The notes beneath the pieces were generated by a model. The model made no database searches. It was not told the origin of the DNA and was given only the letters and a program-made list of their open reading frames with translations. This document shows, piece after piece, positions 23,592 through 32,000 of a DNA stretch of 32,000 nt (within the stretch, counting starts at the first letter, position 1; every line of letters starts with the position of its first letter). Source of the DNA: an uncultured Actinomycetes bacterium (GTDB lineage Bacteria; Actinomycetota; Actinomycetes; S36-B12; CAIYMF01); NCBI GenBank assembly GCA_963843975.1, contig CAWJMG010000003.1:1410001-1442000 (forward strand), written 5' to 3'. The position numbers and the translations under genes are program-made.

Positions 23592-25163
23592 TCAGTCCGC
23601 AGGCTCGGTGCGGGTGCGGCGGAATCGGGCGCGCAGGATCTGGATGTCGGTCAGCACGACCTGCGGATCAGGGTCGCCCTTCTCGCCGTACCAGCCCGCG
23701 AGGCGGCCGGCCCGGCTCACCGCCCGGAGGCGCCGCTCGACGTCGGCGCGCAGGTGGCGCGGAACGACGATGAGCAGCTGATCCGCTTCGCGCAGGCGCA
23801 TCTCGCGGGCGGGCACGAGCGGCTCGTGGTCGCGCGCGATGAGGCTGACCACCGCACCCTTGGGCAGGCGGAGCTCGCCGATCGTGACCCCCTGCAGCTT
23901 CGAGCCGCCGGGCACGTCGAACTGCAGGACGTCGGCATGGATGTCCTCGAGAGGCGCTGCCTCGATCGCGATCTCGGCGGTGTGCTCGGGGTCGACGACG
24001 CCGAGACGCCGGGCGAGGAACGGCAGCGGCGGCGCCTGGATCAGGGTGAACACGACGACGAGCAGGAAGACGACGTCGAAGATCTCCTGCGCCACCGGGA
24101 GACCCTGGCTCAGCGGGATGGTCGCGAGCACGACGGGCACCGCGCCCCTCAGCCCGGCCCACGACAGGAACGCCTGCTCGCGCACGCCGACGCGGAACAG
24201 GAACGTCGAGAGCACGACCGACGCGGGCCGCGCGACGACCAGCAGCACGGTGCCGAGGACCAGCGCCGTCGGCAGGGCCGCGAGGAGTCGCTCGGGACTG
24301 GCCAGCAGGCCGAGCAGCACGAACAGACCGATCTGCGCGATCCAGCCGAGCGCCTCGACGAAGCCGACCGTGGTCGACCGGTGCGGGAGGTCGGCGTTGC
24401 CCAGCCAGAGCGCGGCGACGTAGATCGCGGCGAAGCCCGAGGCCTCGACCACGCCGGCCGCGGCGAACGCCAGCATCGCGATGGCGACGGTGGCGACCGG
24501 GTAGAGACCGGACGACGGCAGCGCGACGCGGCGCAGCATCTCCTGCCCCAGCCGCGCCACGACGAGGCCGATGAGGACGCCTCCGACGAGCTCGTACACG
24601 ACGAGGCCGAGGGTCGACCACGGGTTGAGCGAGTCCCAGCCGTCCGAGGCGAGCAGCGTGACGAGCAGGATCGCGAGCGGGTCGTTCAGGCCCGACTCCG
24701 CCTCGAGCGTCGACGAGACGCGGCGCTTCACCGGGAACCGGCGCAGCACCGAGAACACGGCGGCGGCATCGGTCGAGGACACGACCGCTCCGAACAGCAG
24801 CGCCGTGCGCAGGTCGAGGTCGAGCAGCAGGTGCAGGAAGCCGGCGGTGACCGCGACGCTGACCGCGACGCCGACGGTCGCGAGCATCAGGGACCGGCCG
24901 AGCACCGGGCGGATCGAGTCCCACCGGGTGGTGAAGCCGCCCTCGGCCAGGATGATCGCGAGGGCCACGAAGCCGAGCACGCGCGTGAGGGCGGCGTCCT
25001 CGTACTCGATGCCGAAGCCCGCCTCGCCGAGGACGAGGCCGAAGCCGAGGTAGATGAGCAGGGTCGGCAGCCCGGCCCAGCGCGAGAAGCGCACCGATAC
25101 GACGGCGAGCAGCAGCACGCCCGTGCCGACGAGCAGCGCGGTGTAGAGGTCGTGCGTGGTCAT
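23592..25163 (-). CDS. K+/H+ (cation/proton) antiporter, CPA1 NhaP2-like, with a C-terminal TrkA-C domain
   Basis: A polytopic membrane domain of about 400 aa (…LAIILAEGGF…SSTDAAAV…ESGLNDP…) is followed by a soluble TrkA_C-like domain (VTIGELRLPKGAVVSLIARDHEPLVPAREMRLREADQLLIVVP). Confidence 0.85.
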   Translation of the reverse strand: MTTHDLYTALLVGTGVLLLAVVSVRFSRWAGLPTLLIYLGFGLVLGEAGFGIEYEDAALTRVLGFVALAIILAEGGFTTRWDSIRPVLGRSLMLATVGVAVSVAVTAGFLHLLLDLDLRTALLFGAVVSSTDAAAVFSVLRRFPVKRRVSSTLEAESGLNDPLAILLVTLLASDGWDSLNPWSTLGLVVYELVGGVLIGLVVARLGQEMLRRVALPSSGLYPVATVAIAMLAFAAAGVVEASGFAAIYVAALWLGNADLPHRSTTVGFVEALGWIAQIGLFVLLGLLASPERLLAALPTALVLGTVLLVVARPASVVLSTFLFRVGVREQAFLSWAGLRGAVPVVLATIPLSQGLPVAQEIFDVVFLLVVVFTLIQAPPLPFLARRLGVVDPEHTAEIAIEAAPLEDIHADVLQFDVPGGSKLQGVTIGELRLPKGAVVSLIARDHEPLVPAREMRLREADQLLIVVPRHLRADVERRLRAVSRAGRLAGWYGEKGDPDPQVVLTDIQILRARFRRTRTEPAD

Positions 25164-25328
25164 CGCGCGCGACCGTGGTACGCGGTCGGGGTTCGCGGCA
25201 CGGCGGAGCAGGCCCTGATCGGGACCGCTCTGCAGGTCACGCGCCCTCCGTCCGCCGTGGCGTGCGACTCACCCTACTGAGCCCCCGTCACATGCAGGTT
25301 TCGCGAGGTTGCGCCCGGAGACGCCCAC

Positions 25329-25356
25329 GGCCGGCCCGGGGTCTCCGGGGCCGGCC
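25329..25356 (-). terminator. GC-rich hairpin downstream of the secreted-protein gene
   Basis: GGCCGGCCC...GGGCCGGCC forms a 9-bp stem, extendable with a bulge. It lies about 50 nt after the stop at 25405. Confidence 0.4.
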
Positions 25357-25404
25357 GCAGTGGGGTGGGATCGATCGAGAGGTCGTGCTGCGCGAGGTGC
25401 GGTG

Positions 25405-26022
25405 TCAGCTGTGCTGGCCCGCGCCCGCTGGCTTGCCGGCGTGCGACGGCTTGCCGTGCTCGGCCTTGTGCGAGGCGGCGTTCGAACGGCCGTGCTCGCC
25501 GGGCTGCGCCGGGGTCATGCGCGAGTCGACCGGGCCGGTCGGCGAGGGAGTGGCCTTCTTCGCGAGCAGGACGGCGGTGCAGTAGTCCTCGACCGTGCCG
25601 TCACCTGCGGCCGTCACGAGCGACTGGGCGGCGGGGTTGCCCTTCTCGGCCTTCGCGTACGACAGGCCGCCGTGCGCCCACGCGGTGCAGAGGCCGAACG
25701 CCGCCGGGCCGGTGGCGTCCGGGCCCTTCGTGCGGTCGGCGGACGGCGTCGCCGTGCCCGTCGCGTCGTCGGTCGCGTCGTCCGTGGCACCGCCGGTCGA
25801 GTCGTCGGTGGTGGTGGACGACACGGTGCTGGTCGCGTCGTCCGAGACCGACTCCGACTGGTCGTCCGAGCCCGACTCGTCGTCCGACGCCGTCGCCGCG
25901 TGACCGCCCGCGTTGCCCAGGGCGACCGGGACGGCGACCGCTGCCGTGGCGGTGCCCGCCAGGAGGACGGCGCCGACGGCCGCAGCGGCGGCCTTGGAGG
26001 TGAGCAGTGCGCTGAGCAGCAT
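25405..26022 (-). CDS. Secreted hypothetical protein with an acidic Asp/Thr/Ser-rich low-complexity region
   Basis: A signal-like N-terminus, MLLSALLTSKAAAAAVGAVLLAGTATAAVA, is followed by an acidic region and a Cys-containing domain (FGLCTAW...DYCTAVLL). No family was recognised. Confidence 0.6.
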   Translation of the reverse strand: MLLSALLTSKAAAAAVGAVLLAGTATAAVAVPVALGNAGGHAATASDDESGSDDQSESVSDDATSTVSSTTTDDSTGGATDDATDDATGTATPSADRTKGPDATGPAAFGLCTAWAHGGLSYAKAEKGNPAAQSLVTAAGDGTVEDYCTAVLLAKKATPSPTGPVDSRMTPAQPGEHGRSNAASHKAEHGKPSHAGKPAGAGQHS

Positions 26023-26164
26023 GGCGGTTCCCTACGTCGTCGACGGGGGTGTGCCCGTCTGCGCGGAGAACGGCCCGATGCAGCGCCCTGTTACGCCCGA
26101 GACGCGTTCTGCGACATAACTGCGCCATCCGGGTGACGGATCTTGGATCGCCGTGCGGGAGGCC

Positions 26165-27989
26165 TCAGGAGTTCGTGAACGAGGCGCCGAACGCCGTCCC
26201 GGAGGTCTGCCGGATGTTGCCCGAGCGGTCCGTCACGGTGACCCGCCACAGCGTCCACGTCCCTGCGGGTGCATGGGCCGGGAGGAATCCGGACGTGGTC
26301 CAGACGCCGTTGTTCAGCGTGCCGCTCACGAGGCAGAAGTCGATCGCCTCAGAGCAGGGGTCCGAGCCCGCGAAGGCTTCGAGCCCGACGCGCGTCGGGT
26401 TCGACGCCGGTGCGAACTCGAGGTCGATGCTCGCCACGCCCGAGAGGGCGTCGGTCGCCGTCACCGTGAACCTCACCTCGGCCTCCTGCGCGCCCGTGCT
26501 GACCGACGGGGTGTCGACCGTCACCGACGTGACGACCGGCGCAGTCTCGTCGCCTGAGCCGGTCTGCTCGATGCTCGTGGCCAGCGGGTGGTTCGGCACC
26601 TCGTCCGGGTTCTCCAGACGCGAGTTCCCCGCGCGGTCGCCTGCGGAGATGGAGACGAGGTCGTACGTGCCCTTGCCGATCCACTGGGGGAAGACCCCCC
26701 AGGCGCGGTACCAGCCGTCCTTGAGCGTCCCGCTCTCCAGGCAGTACGGCGTCTCGGAGAACTTGATGTCCGCGACCGCCGGCAGGTCGGGTCCGCAGGT
26801 CGGCGCATCGGCGGGGTTCACGTGCATCGCGGGGAAGGGCCACAGGTAGTCCACGACCCGGCCGTCGACCCGCTTGACGCGTCCCCACTCGAGGTAGAGG
26901 CCGCTCACGCCCGAGAGGGCATCGGTCACGTGGATACGTGCGCCGACGAGCTGATCCGCATCGGTCGTGCTCACGGATGGGGTGAGCACCTCGACCGCCC
27001 GCACGACCGGTGCGATCGAGTCGCCCGGGCCGATCTGCTTGAAGCTCACGGAAAGCCTGCGGTCGACCAGGGTGTCCCAGGGCAGACTGCGGCGGTTCCC
27101 GGCCGCGTCCCACATCGCAACACGCATCAGCCGATAGGTGCCCGTCGGGGCCCACCTCGGGATCCAGCTGCGCATCTCGTACACGCCGGCCTGCGGTGTG
27201 CCCGACACCAGGCAGATGGAAGCTCTCACCCTTCGGCGGCGTGGGTGCATGGCGCGACGCCGTGCAGAACTGGTCCGCGAAGGCTGTGCCCGCCTGGAAG
27301 TCGACCTTGTTGGGCGTGGAGCCCGAGGGCAGGCGGCGGGCGAACTCCATCGACACGCGCGCGAGCCCGGTGCCCTTGTCAGCGACCCGGAACCGCACGG
27401 CGACGACGCGGTCGGCGTACGTCGTGCTCACCGTCGGAGTGCCGAGTGCGATGCTGACGAGCGAAGGCGCTGAGATGTCGAAGTAGCAGGACTTCTGGAT
27501 GTCGCCGGTGTCCTTGCGGCAGTAGTCGACGCCCGTGCCACCGTCGACGTCGTCCGCGCCCGAGCCACCCACGATCGAGTCGTCGCCGGACCAGCCGTCG
27601 AGCTCGTCGCCGCCCGCGTCGCCCCACAGCCCGTCAGCACCGGGTCCGCCCATGGAATAGTCGTCGCCCGACCCGAGGTGCACCTCGTCGTCGCCGTACC
27701 CGGCGCTGACCCAGTCGTTGCCGGCTGCGGTGTCGATGTAGTCGTCGCCGCCGAGCCCGAAGACCGTGTCGTTGCCGCCGAGGCCGAAGATGACGTCGTC
27801 GCCCGCGGTGCCGCAGATGATGTCGTCGCCCTCGGTGCCGGTGGCCACGCCGTCCACGACGAAGACCGTGCAATCAGCGGTGGTGTGCGCCGCAGCCGCG
27901 GCGGTGGACGGCAGTGCGACTCCGAGAACGCCCAGGACGAGCGCGGACGACAGCATGACTGCGGCGATCCGCCGCTCCCCCGAGATCAT
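26165..27989 (-). pseudogene. Secreted calcium-binding (RTX/hemolysin-type GGxGxD repeats) protein with three ~120-aa repeated modules; frame-disrupted near 27212-27225
   Basis: The N-terminal part (ORF 26349..27989) has a signal peptide and repeats: GTAGDDVIFGLGGNDTVFGLGGDDYIDTAAGNDWV...GGSGADDVDGGTGVD. It makes sense until ...FADQFCTASRHAPTPPKGESF, then continues in another frame (ORF 26165..27250) from ICLVSGTPQAGVY. The 1825-nt total is not a multiple of 3. Module repeats share xAPxVxxVxVxTPSVST...ALSGV...CLxSGT.... Confidence 0.75.
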
Positions 27990-28140
27990 GCGGCGAGGGT
28001 ACGTGGCGGCCGCCGCCCACGGAAGCCGGGACGCGCCGCACTCACCCCACCGAGTGCGGGCACCCCGGCGACCCCCGGCACCGAGGGCCGATTTCGCCTC
28101 TGGCGGGCCTCTCCCTTATGCTTTCCCGGCACGACTGCAC

Positions 28141-28213
28141 GGGGCTGTGGCGCAGCTGGTAGCGCACCTGCATGGCATGCAGGGGGTCAGGGGTTCGAGT
28201 CCCCTCAGCTCCA
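28141..28213 (+). tRNA. tRNA-Ala (anticodon GGC)
   Basis: It was folded by hand. The 7-bp acceptor stem GGGGCTG/CAGCTCC carries the G3:U70 alanine identity pair. The D arm is GCGC-AGCTGGTA-GCGC and the anticodon stem is CCTGC/GCAGG with loop AT-GGC-AT. The T arm is AGGGG-TTCGAGT-CCCCT with discriminator A. CCA is not encoded. Confidence 0.93.
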
Positions 28214-28222
28214 CGTAGTAAG

Positions 28223-28251
28223 AGGTCCGGACCATCTGGTCCGGGCCTTTT
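28223..28251 (+). terminator. Hairpin plus T-tract after tRNA-Ala
   Basis: AGGTCCGGACCA-TC-TGGTCCGGGCCT forms a 12-bp stem with one G.U pair and is followed by TTTT. Confidence 0.6.
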
Positions 28252-28294
28252 CGCGTATCTCGTGCCCTGCGCGGCGCTCGTGCCCGGGCGCGGG

Positions 28295-28934
28295 TCAGGA
28301 CTCGTCGCCGAAGACGTCCTCGGGGAGCGAGCGGGCGTTGTGCTCGGTGAGGCGCCAGCGGCCGTCCGCGAGCTCCTCGAGCACCGACCACGCGCAGTTC
28401 ACGAGGCCGCCGAGGGCAGTCCAGTGCTCCTGCGGCAGGTGCAGCAGGGTGCCGATGCCCGCGCGGATCGCACCGCCGTGGCTCGCGACCACGAGCGTGC
28501 CGCCCGGCGGCAGCAGGTCGGCGTGCCGGAGGACGGCGTCGCTCACGCGCACCGAGACGTCGGTGCGCGTCTCGCCGTCGCCCGCAGGGACGTCGTCGCC
28601 GGAGAGCCAGCGACGGAAGTGGACTCCGTCCGTCGCGATGATCTCGTCGCGCACGAGGCCCTGCCAGCGGCCGGCGTACGTCTCGCGCAGGGCGGGGTCG
28701 GTCTCGACGGGGAGCCCCACGAGCTTCTCCCAGCTTCTCAGCGGTGACGCGGGCCCGGGAGAGGTCGCTCGCGACGATCCGCGCGGGAGCAAGGGTGGCG
28801 AGGTCGCGTGCTGCTCGCTCGGCCTGGGCGATGCCGACCTCGTCGAGAGGGACGTCGGTCGTGCCCTGGAACCGTGACTCGGCGTTCCACGCCGTACGGC
28901 CGTGCCGCCAGAGGACGACCCGGCGCGCGGTCAC
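28295..28934 (-). pseudogene. Histidine phosphatase family protein (phosphoglycerate-mutase-like; occupies the position of GpgP/Rv2419c), frameshifted by a 10-nt tandem duplication
   Basis: The GTG at 28934 overlaps the rsfS stop. The N-terminus VTARRVVLWRHGRTAWNAESRFQG carries the RHG catalytic motif and reads through to ...RARVTAEKL. The gene then continues in another frame as VGLPVETDPALRETYAGRWQG...VVASHGGAIRAG.... At the switch the minus strand reads GAGAAGCTGG GAGAAGCTCG (28720-28741). The 640-nt total is not a multiple of 3. Confidence 0.8.
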
Positions 28935-29347
28935 GCGTCGCTCGCTGCGTCGCCGTCCCGCTCGCTGTGGACGTCGCGCGGCTTGCCGACGGACTCGGGC
29001 AGCGGGATGCGGGTGCCGTCCTTCCACAGCCGCTCGAGGCCGTAGTAGTGACGCTCCTCGTCGTGCTGCACGTGCACGACGATGTCGATGTAGTCGAGCA
29101 GCACCCAGCGGCCGTCGCGCTCGCCCTCGCGGCGCACGGGGTCGACGTCGATCTTGTCGAGCGCCTCCTCGATGCCGTCGACGATCGCCTTGACCTGGCG
29201 GTCGTTGGCGGCGGAGCACAGCAGGAAGACGTCGGTGATGACGAGGGTCTCGGACACGTCGAGCGCGACGATGTCCTCCGCGAGCTTCTCGGCCGCTGCC
29301 TCGGCAGCGATGGCGGTCAGCTCCAGCGCACGGGCGGAGGCGGTCAC
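28931..29347 (-). CDS. rsfS: Ribosome silencing factor RsfS
   Basis: The GTG at 29347 follows the RBS AAAGGA. The sequence ...AAEKLAEDIVALDVSETLVITDVFLLCSAANDRQVKAIVDGIEEAL...WVLLDYIDIVVHVQHDEERHYYGLERLWKD is the RsfS/iojap pattern. It lies immediately downstream of the nadD-LCP genes. Confidence 0.9.
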   Translation of the reverse strand: MTASARALELTAIAAEAAAEKLAEDIVALDVSETLVITDVFLLCSAANDRQVKAIVDGIEEALDKIDVDPVRREGERDGRWVLLDYIDIVVHVQHDEERHYYGLERLWKDGTRIPLPESVGKPRDVHSERDGDAASDA

Positions 29348-29415
29348 GGACGGTCCTTTCGACGGGGAACGTCCGATTCTCTCACGGACCGGAGGGCTCT
29401 CCGACCCGTCGCGCG

Positions 29416-31263
29416 TCAGGACGCGGTGGGCTTGAAGTCCTCGCCGAGCACGACGATGACGTCGGCGACGCTCTGCCCGTCCTCGGCGACCTTCACCGCC
29501 GAGTCCGGCAGGCCCAGGGCCTTGGTGATGTCGGCGCCCCACGCGAGTGACTCGGGCGTCGTGTCGGGGAGGATCACGTTGGTCTTGGTCTGGCCGAACG
29601 ACGACGCGTTCCCGCCGTTGACGAAGGTGAACCCGGCGTCCACGAGCAGGGTGCGCGCAGCGGTGTTGAGGCCCGGGGACCCGACGCCGTTCTGCACGAG
29701 CACGCGGACCTTGGAGTTGGGGCCGGGGGTGCGCAGGGCGTCGGGCAGGAGGTCCTGCACGAGAACGGCGGTGGCCTCCTGGTCGACGCGGTAGGCCGCG
29801 GGGCCGCCGGTGTCGATGCCCTGCACCGGGAGGTTCTTGTACGCGACGTCGTCGGCGTTGACGTCGGCGTTGAGGCGCAGGAAGAAGTCGGCGAGCTGCG
29901 TGAACGGCACCGTGGCGCGGGCGGAGGCGCCGAGCTGGGTGAGGATCGTCTCGATCTTGGCGCCGTCGGTCGGCAGCTTCGCGACGGTGAGGCGCAGCAC
30001 CTGCGCGAAGCGCGCCATCCGCGCCTCCTCGGTCTCGCCCTTGTCGAGGAAGGTCGCGAAGGCCTCCGCCTGCTGGCCCTGCAGCACCTGCCCGGGACCG
30101 GCCGGCACGATGATCACGGTGGTGCCGTCGGCCTTCTCCTGCGTCACGTCGACGTCGACGTCGGCGGTGATGCCGCCGACCGCGTCGACGAGGCCGGACA
30201 GCGCACCCGGGTCGAGCACGAGCGTGCCGTTGACGTCGACGCCGATCGCGTCGGAGAGCGCGCCGGCCGAGCCGCCGGGGTCGGGCAGTCGGTTGATCTG
30301 GCCGAACGGCAGCGTGCCGCCCGTGGCGACGTCCATGAGGGTGTTCTGCGGGATGCCGATGACGTTGGCACGACCGAGCGGCCCGCCGACGGACAGCAGC
30401 GCGTTGGAGACCGCGACGCCCTGGTCGTCGGCTACCTGCAGCAGCAGCGTCGGCTGGGTGGGCCCGGTGGGCGAGGCCGACGCCGTCGGCTGCGGGTCGG
30501 GCGCCGGCGCCTGACGGCTCAACCACGTCCAGGCGAGGCCGGCGACGGCGAGCACGACGATGGCGACGACGCCGAAGACCACGAGCCGGTTGTGGGCGCG
30601 GTGCGACTGCACCCGCGCCGCGTCCTCGGCCGCGCGACGGCGGGCCGCACGCCCACCGGCGCTCTGGGCCTCGCTCCAGTCGGCGGGAAGGTCGCCTGCA
30701 GGCGGGTCCTCGGCGTCGGGTTCCTGCGGCGCCCACCCGTCGATCTCGGAGTCGGACTCGACGGCCGGCTCGACGTCGGCGGGGGCGTCGTCGCCCGCGA
30801 GGCTCGAGGCACCAGCCGATGCCGCTGCGGCCGCTGCGGCGGCCTCGGCGGCACGGCGACGGGCGGCGCGACCGCCGTCCACGGGCTCGGAGCCGCCGTC
30901 GACGGGCTCGGAGCCGGCGTCGACGACGTCTGTGTCGTCGTCGGCGAGGGGCTCGGTCACGGGCTCACTGGCAGGCGGGTCCAGCGGCACGGCGATCGGC
31001 GGTCCGACGGGGGCGGCGAGCGGAACGCCGGAGGGTGCGCTGGGCTGAGCCTCGTCGACGGCCGCCGGGTGCTCGGCATCGTCCTGCGGCGTCGGCTCAG
31101 CGGGCACGACCGGCACGGGTGCGGTCACGTCGGGACCGCCGTCGGCGTCGGGTGCGCCGGGCTGCTGGCCCGGGTAGGGCTCGAGCGCGGGGACCGGGAG
31201 CGCCCACGGGTCGGGCGTGGTTCCGTCGCCGTGCTCGTCGCCGGGGCGGGGATCGTCGGTCAT
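29416..31263 (-). CDS. LytR_C / LCP-like cell-envelope protein with a long disordered Pro/Asp/Ala-rich N-terminal region and a single TM helix
   Basis: The 615-aa ORF has a TM helix, [23 protein letters not shown]-terminal LytR_C-like region follows ([29 protein letters not shown]...VILPD...[10 protein letters not shown]). Its position between nadD and rsfS is conserved. Confidence 0.7.
   Translation of the reverse strand: MTDDPRPGDEHGDGTTPDPWALPVPALEPYPGQQPGAPDADGGPDVTAPVPVVPAEPTPQDDAEHPAAVDEAQPSAPSGVPLAAPVGPPIAVPLDPPASEPVTEPLADDDTDVVDAGSEPVDGGSEPVDGGRAARRRAAEAAAAAAAASAGASSLAGDDAPADVEPAVESDSEIDGWAPQEPDAEDPPAGDLPADWSEAQSAGGRAARRRAAEDAARVQSHRAHNRLVVFGVVAIVVLAVAGLAWTWLSRQAPAPDPQPTASASPTGPTQPTLLLQVADDQGVAVSNALLSVGGPLGRANVIGIPQNTLMDVATGGTLPFGQINRLPDPGGSAGALSDAIGVDVNGTLVLDPGALSGLVDAVGGITADVDVDVTQEKADGTTVIIVPAGPGQVLQGQQAEAFATFLDKGETEEARMARFAQVLRLTVAKLPTDGAKIETILTQLGASARATVPFTQLADFFLRLNADVNADDVAYKNLPVQGIDTGGPAAYRVDQEATAVLVQDLLPDALRTPGPNSKVRVLVQNGVGSPGLNTAARTLLVDAGFTFVNGGNASSFGQTKTNVILPDTTPESLAWGADITKALGLPDSAVKVAEDGQSVADVIVVLGEDFKPTAS
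30882..30923. repeat. Two tandem 21-bp repeats inside the LCP-like gene (encode [14 protein letters not shown])
   Basis: CGGGCTCGGAGCCGCCGTCGA (30882-30902) is followed directly by CGGGCTCGGAGCCGGCGTCGA (30903-30923), with one mismatch. Confidence 0.7.
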
Positions 31264-31856
31264 GACGACACCTCGCGGTAGAGCCCGTGCTCGGCGACGT
31301 ACCGCTCGACGCCGTCGGGGACCAGGTAGCGGATCGGGGCTCCGTCGGCGACACGGGCGCGGATGTCGCTCGAGGAGATCTCGAGGGCCGGGATCTCGAC
31401 GTACGTGACCGAGCCCTCCGGCAGACCCTCGGGGGCTTCGAGCTCGTGGCCCGGCCTGGTCACGCCGACGAGGTGGGCGAGCGACGGGATCTGGTCGGCG
31501 CTGTGCCAGGTGGCGATGCCCGCCAGTGCGTCGGCACCGGTGATGAAGAAGAGCTCGACGTCGTCTCCGAGGGCGGCGCGGAGGTCGGCGAGCGTGTCGA
31601 CTGTGTAGGTGGGCCCGTCACGGTCGAGGTCGACCCGGGACGCCGAGAGGCGCGGGTCGGACTCGGTCGCGATGACGGTCATGGCGTAGCGGTCCTCGGC
31701 TGGGCTGATGTCCGGACGGGTCTTCTGCCACTGCAGGCCGGCGGCGACCAGCAGCACCTCGTCGAGCCCGAGTCGGTACGCGACCTCGCTCGCGGCCACG
31801 AGGTGTCCGTGGTGCACGGGGTCGAACGTGCCTCCGAGGACCCCGATGCGACGCAC
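31260..31856 (-). CDS. nadD: Nicotinate-nucleotide adenylyltransferase
   Basis: The N-terminus [19 protein letters not shown] carries the (T/H)xGH nucleotidyltransferase motif, and ...[10 protein letters not shown] sits near the C-terminus. The product is 198 aa. Confidence 0.93.
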   Translation of the reverse strand: MRRIGVLGGTFDPVHHGHLVAASEVAYRLGLDEVLLVAAGLQWQKTRPDISPAEDRYAMTVIATESDPRLSASRVDLDRDGPTYTVDTLADLRAALGDDVELFFITGADALAGIATWHSADQIPSLAHLVGVTRPGHELEAPEGLPEGSVTYVEIPALEISSSDIRARVADGAPIRYLVPDGVERYVAEHGLYREVSS

Positions 31857-31872
31857 AGCCGTACGGCGCCGG

Positions 31873-32000
31873 TCAGCGGTCGATGTTGACGCGCGTGACG
31901 ACGAACAGGAGGGCGAGGAGCGCGACGAGGGCGAAACCGCCGAAGAACCACTTCGACGGGAGATCGCTGTGCTCGTTGGCGACCAAGATGGCCTCGGCCA
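31873..32000 (-). CDS. C-terminal end of a small membrane protein; the gene starts beyond the right edge
   Basis: The minus frame reads ...[41 protein letters not shown], with a stop at 31873-31875. One TM helix is present. No family was recognised. Confidence 0.4.
   Translation of the reverse strand, partial: AEAILVANEHSDLPSKWFFGGFALVALLALLFVVTRVNIDR

Noticed and set aside
28141-28213. tRNA-Ala as an integration site for a second island
   Set aside because: There is no integrase, no duplicated tRNA 3' end and no compositional shift next to it. The neighbouring genes are conserved backbone.

Overview
High-GC actinobacterial chromosome segment. The backbone is conserved and almost entirely on the minus strand: lepA, rpsT, holA, comEC, comEA, plsY, degV, leuS, then a methyltransferase, an SGNH hydrolase, an aminotransferase/kinase pair, a K+/H+ antiporter, tRNA-Ala, a histidine phosphatase, rsfS, an LCP-like gene and nadD. 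The main feature is a ~9.7 kb integrative element (4204-13936) inserted in-frame inside comEC, within the conserved AVSGGN motif. It is bounded by an 11-nt core, TTGCC(A/G)CCGCT. From left to right it carries: a large serine recombinase; an Xis-like HTH; a RecA-like P-loop ATPase with a winged helix; a cluster of GTGCCT iterons; two unknown small genes; a head-tail connector-like gene; an HK97-type major capsid gene; and a visibly lower-GC cargo block. The cargo block holds a multi-TM protein, a Kv-type K+ channel, a secreted HNH/DUF1524-Excalibur nuclease and a Phd/Doc toxin-antitoxin pair. No terminase, portal, tail or lysis genes are present, so it looks like a phiRv1-style satellite rather than a prophage. 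Precise excision would rebuild a ~793-codon comEC. Three other backbone genes carry frame disruptions: the DegV-family gene, an RTX-like secreted repeat protein, and a histidine phosphatase with a 10-nt tandem duplication. All calls come from reading translations and motifs by eye. No database or HMM search was possible, so family assignments are recognition-based and start codons are approximate.
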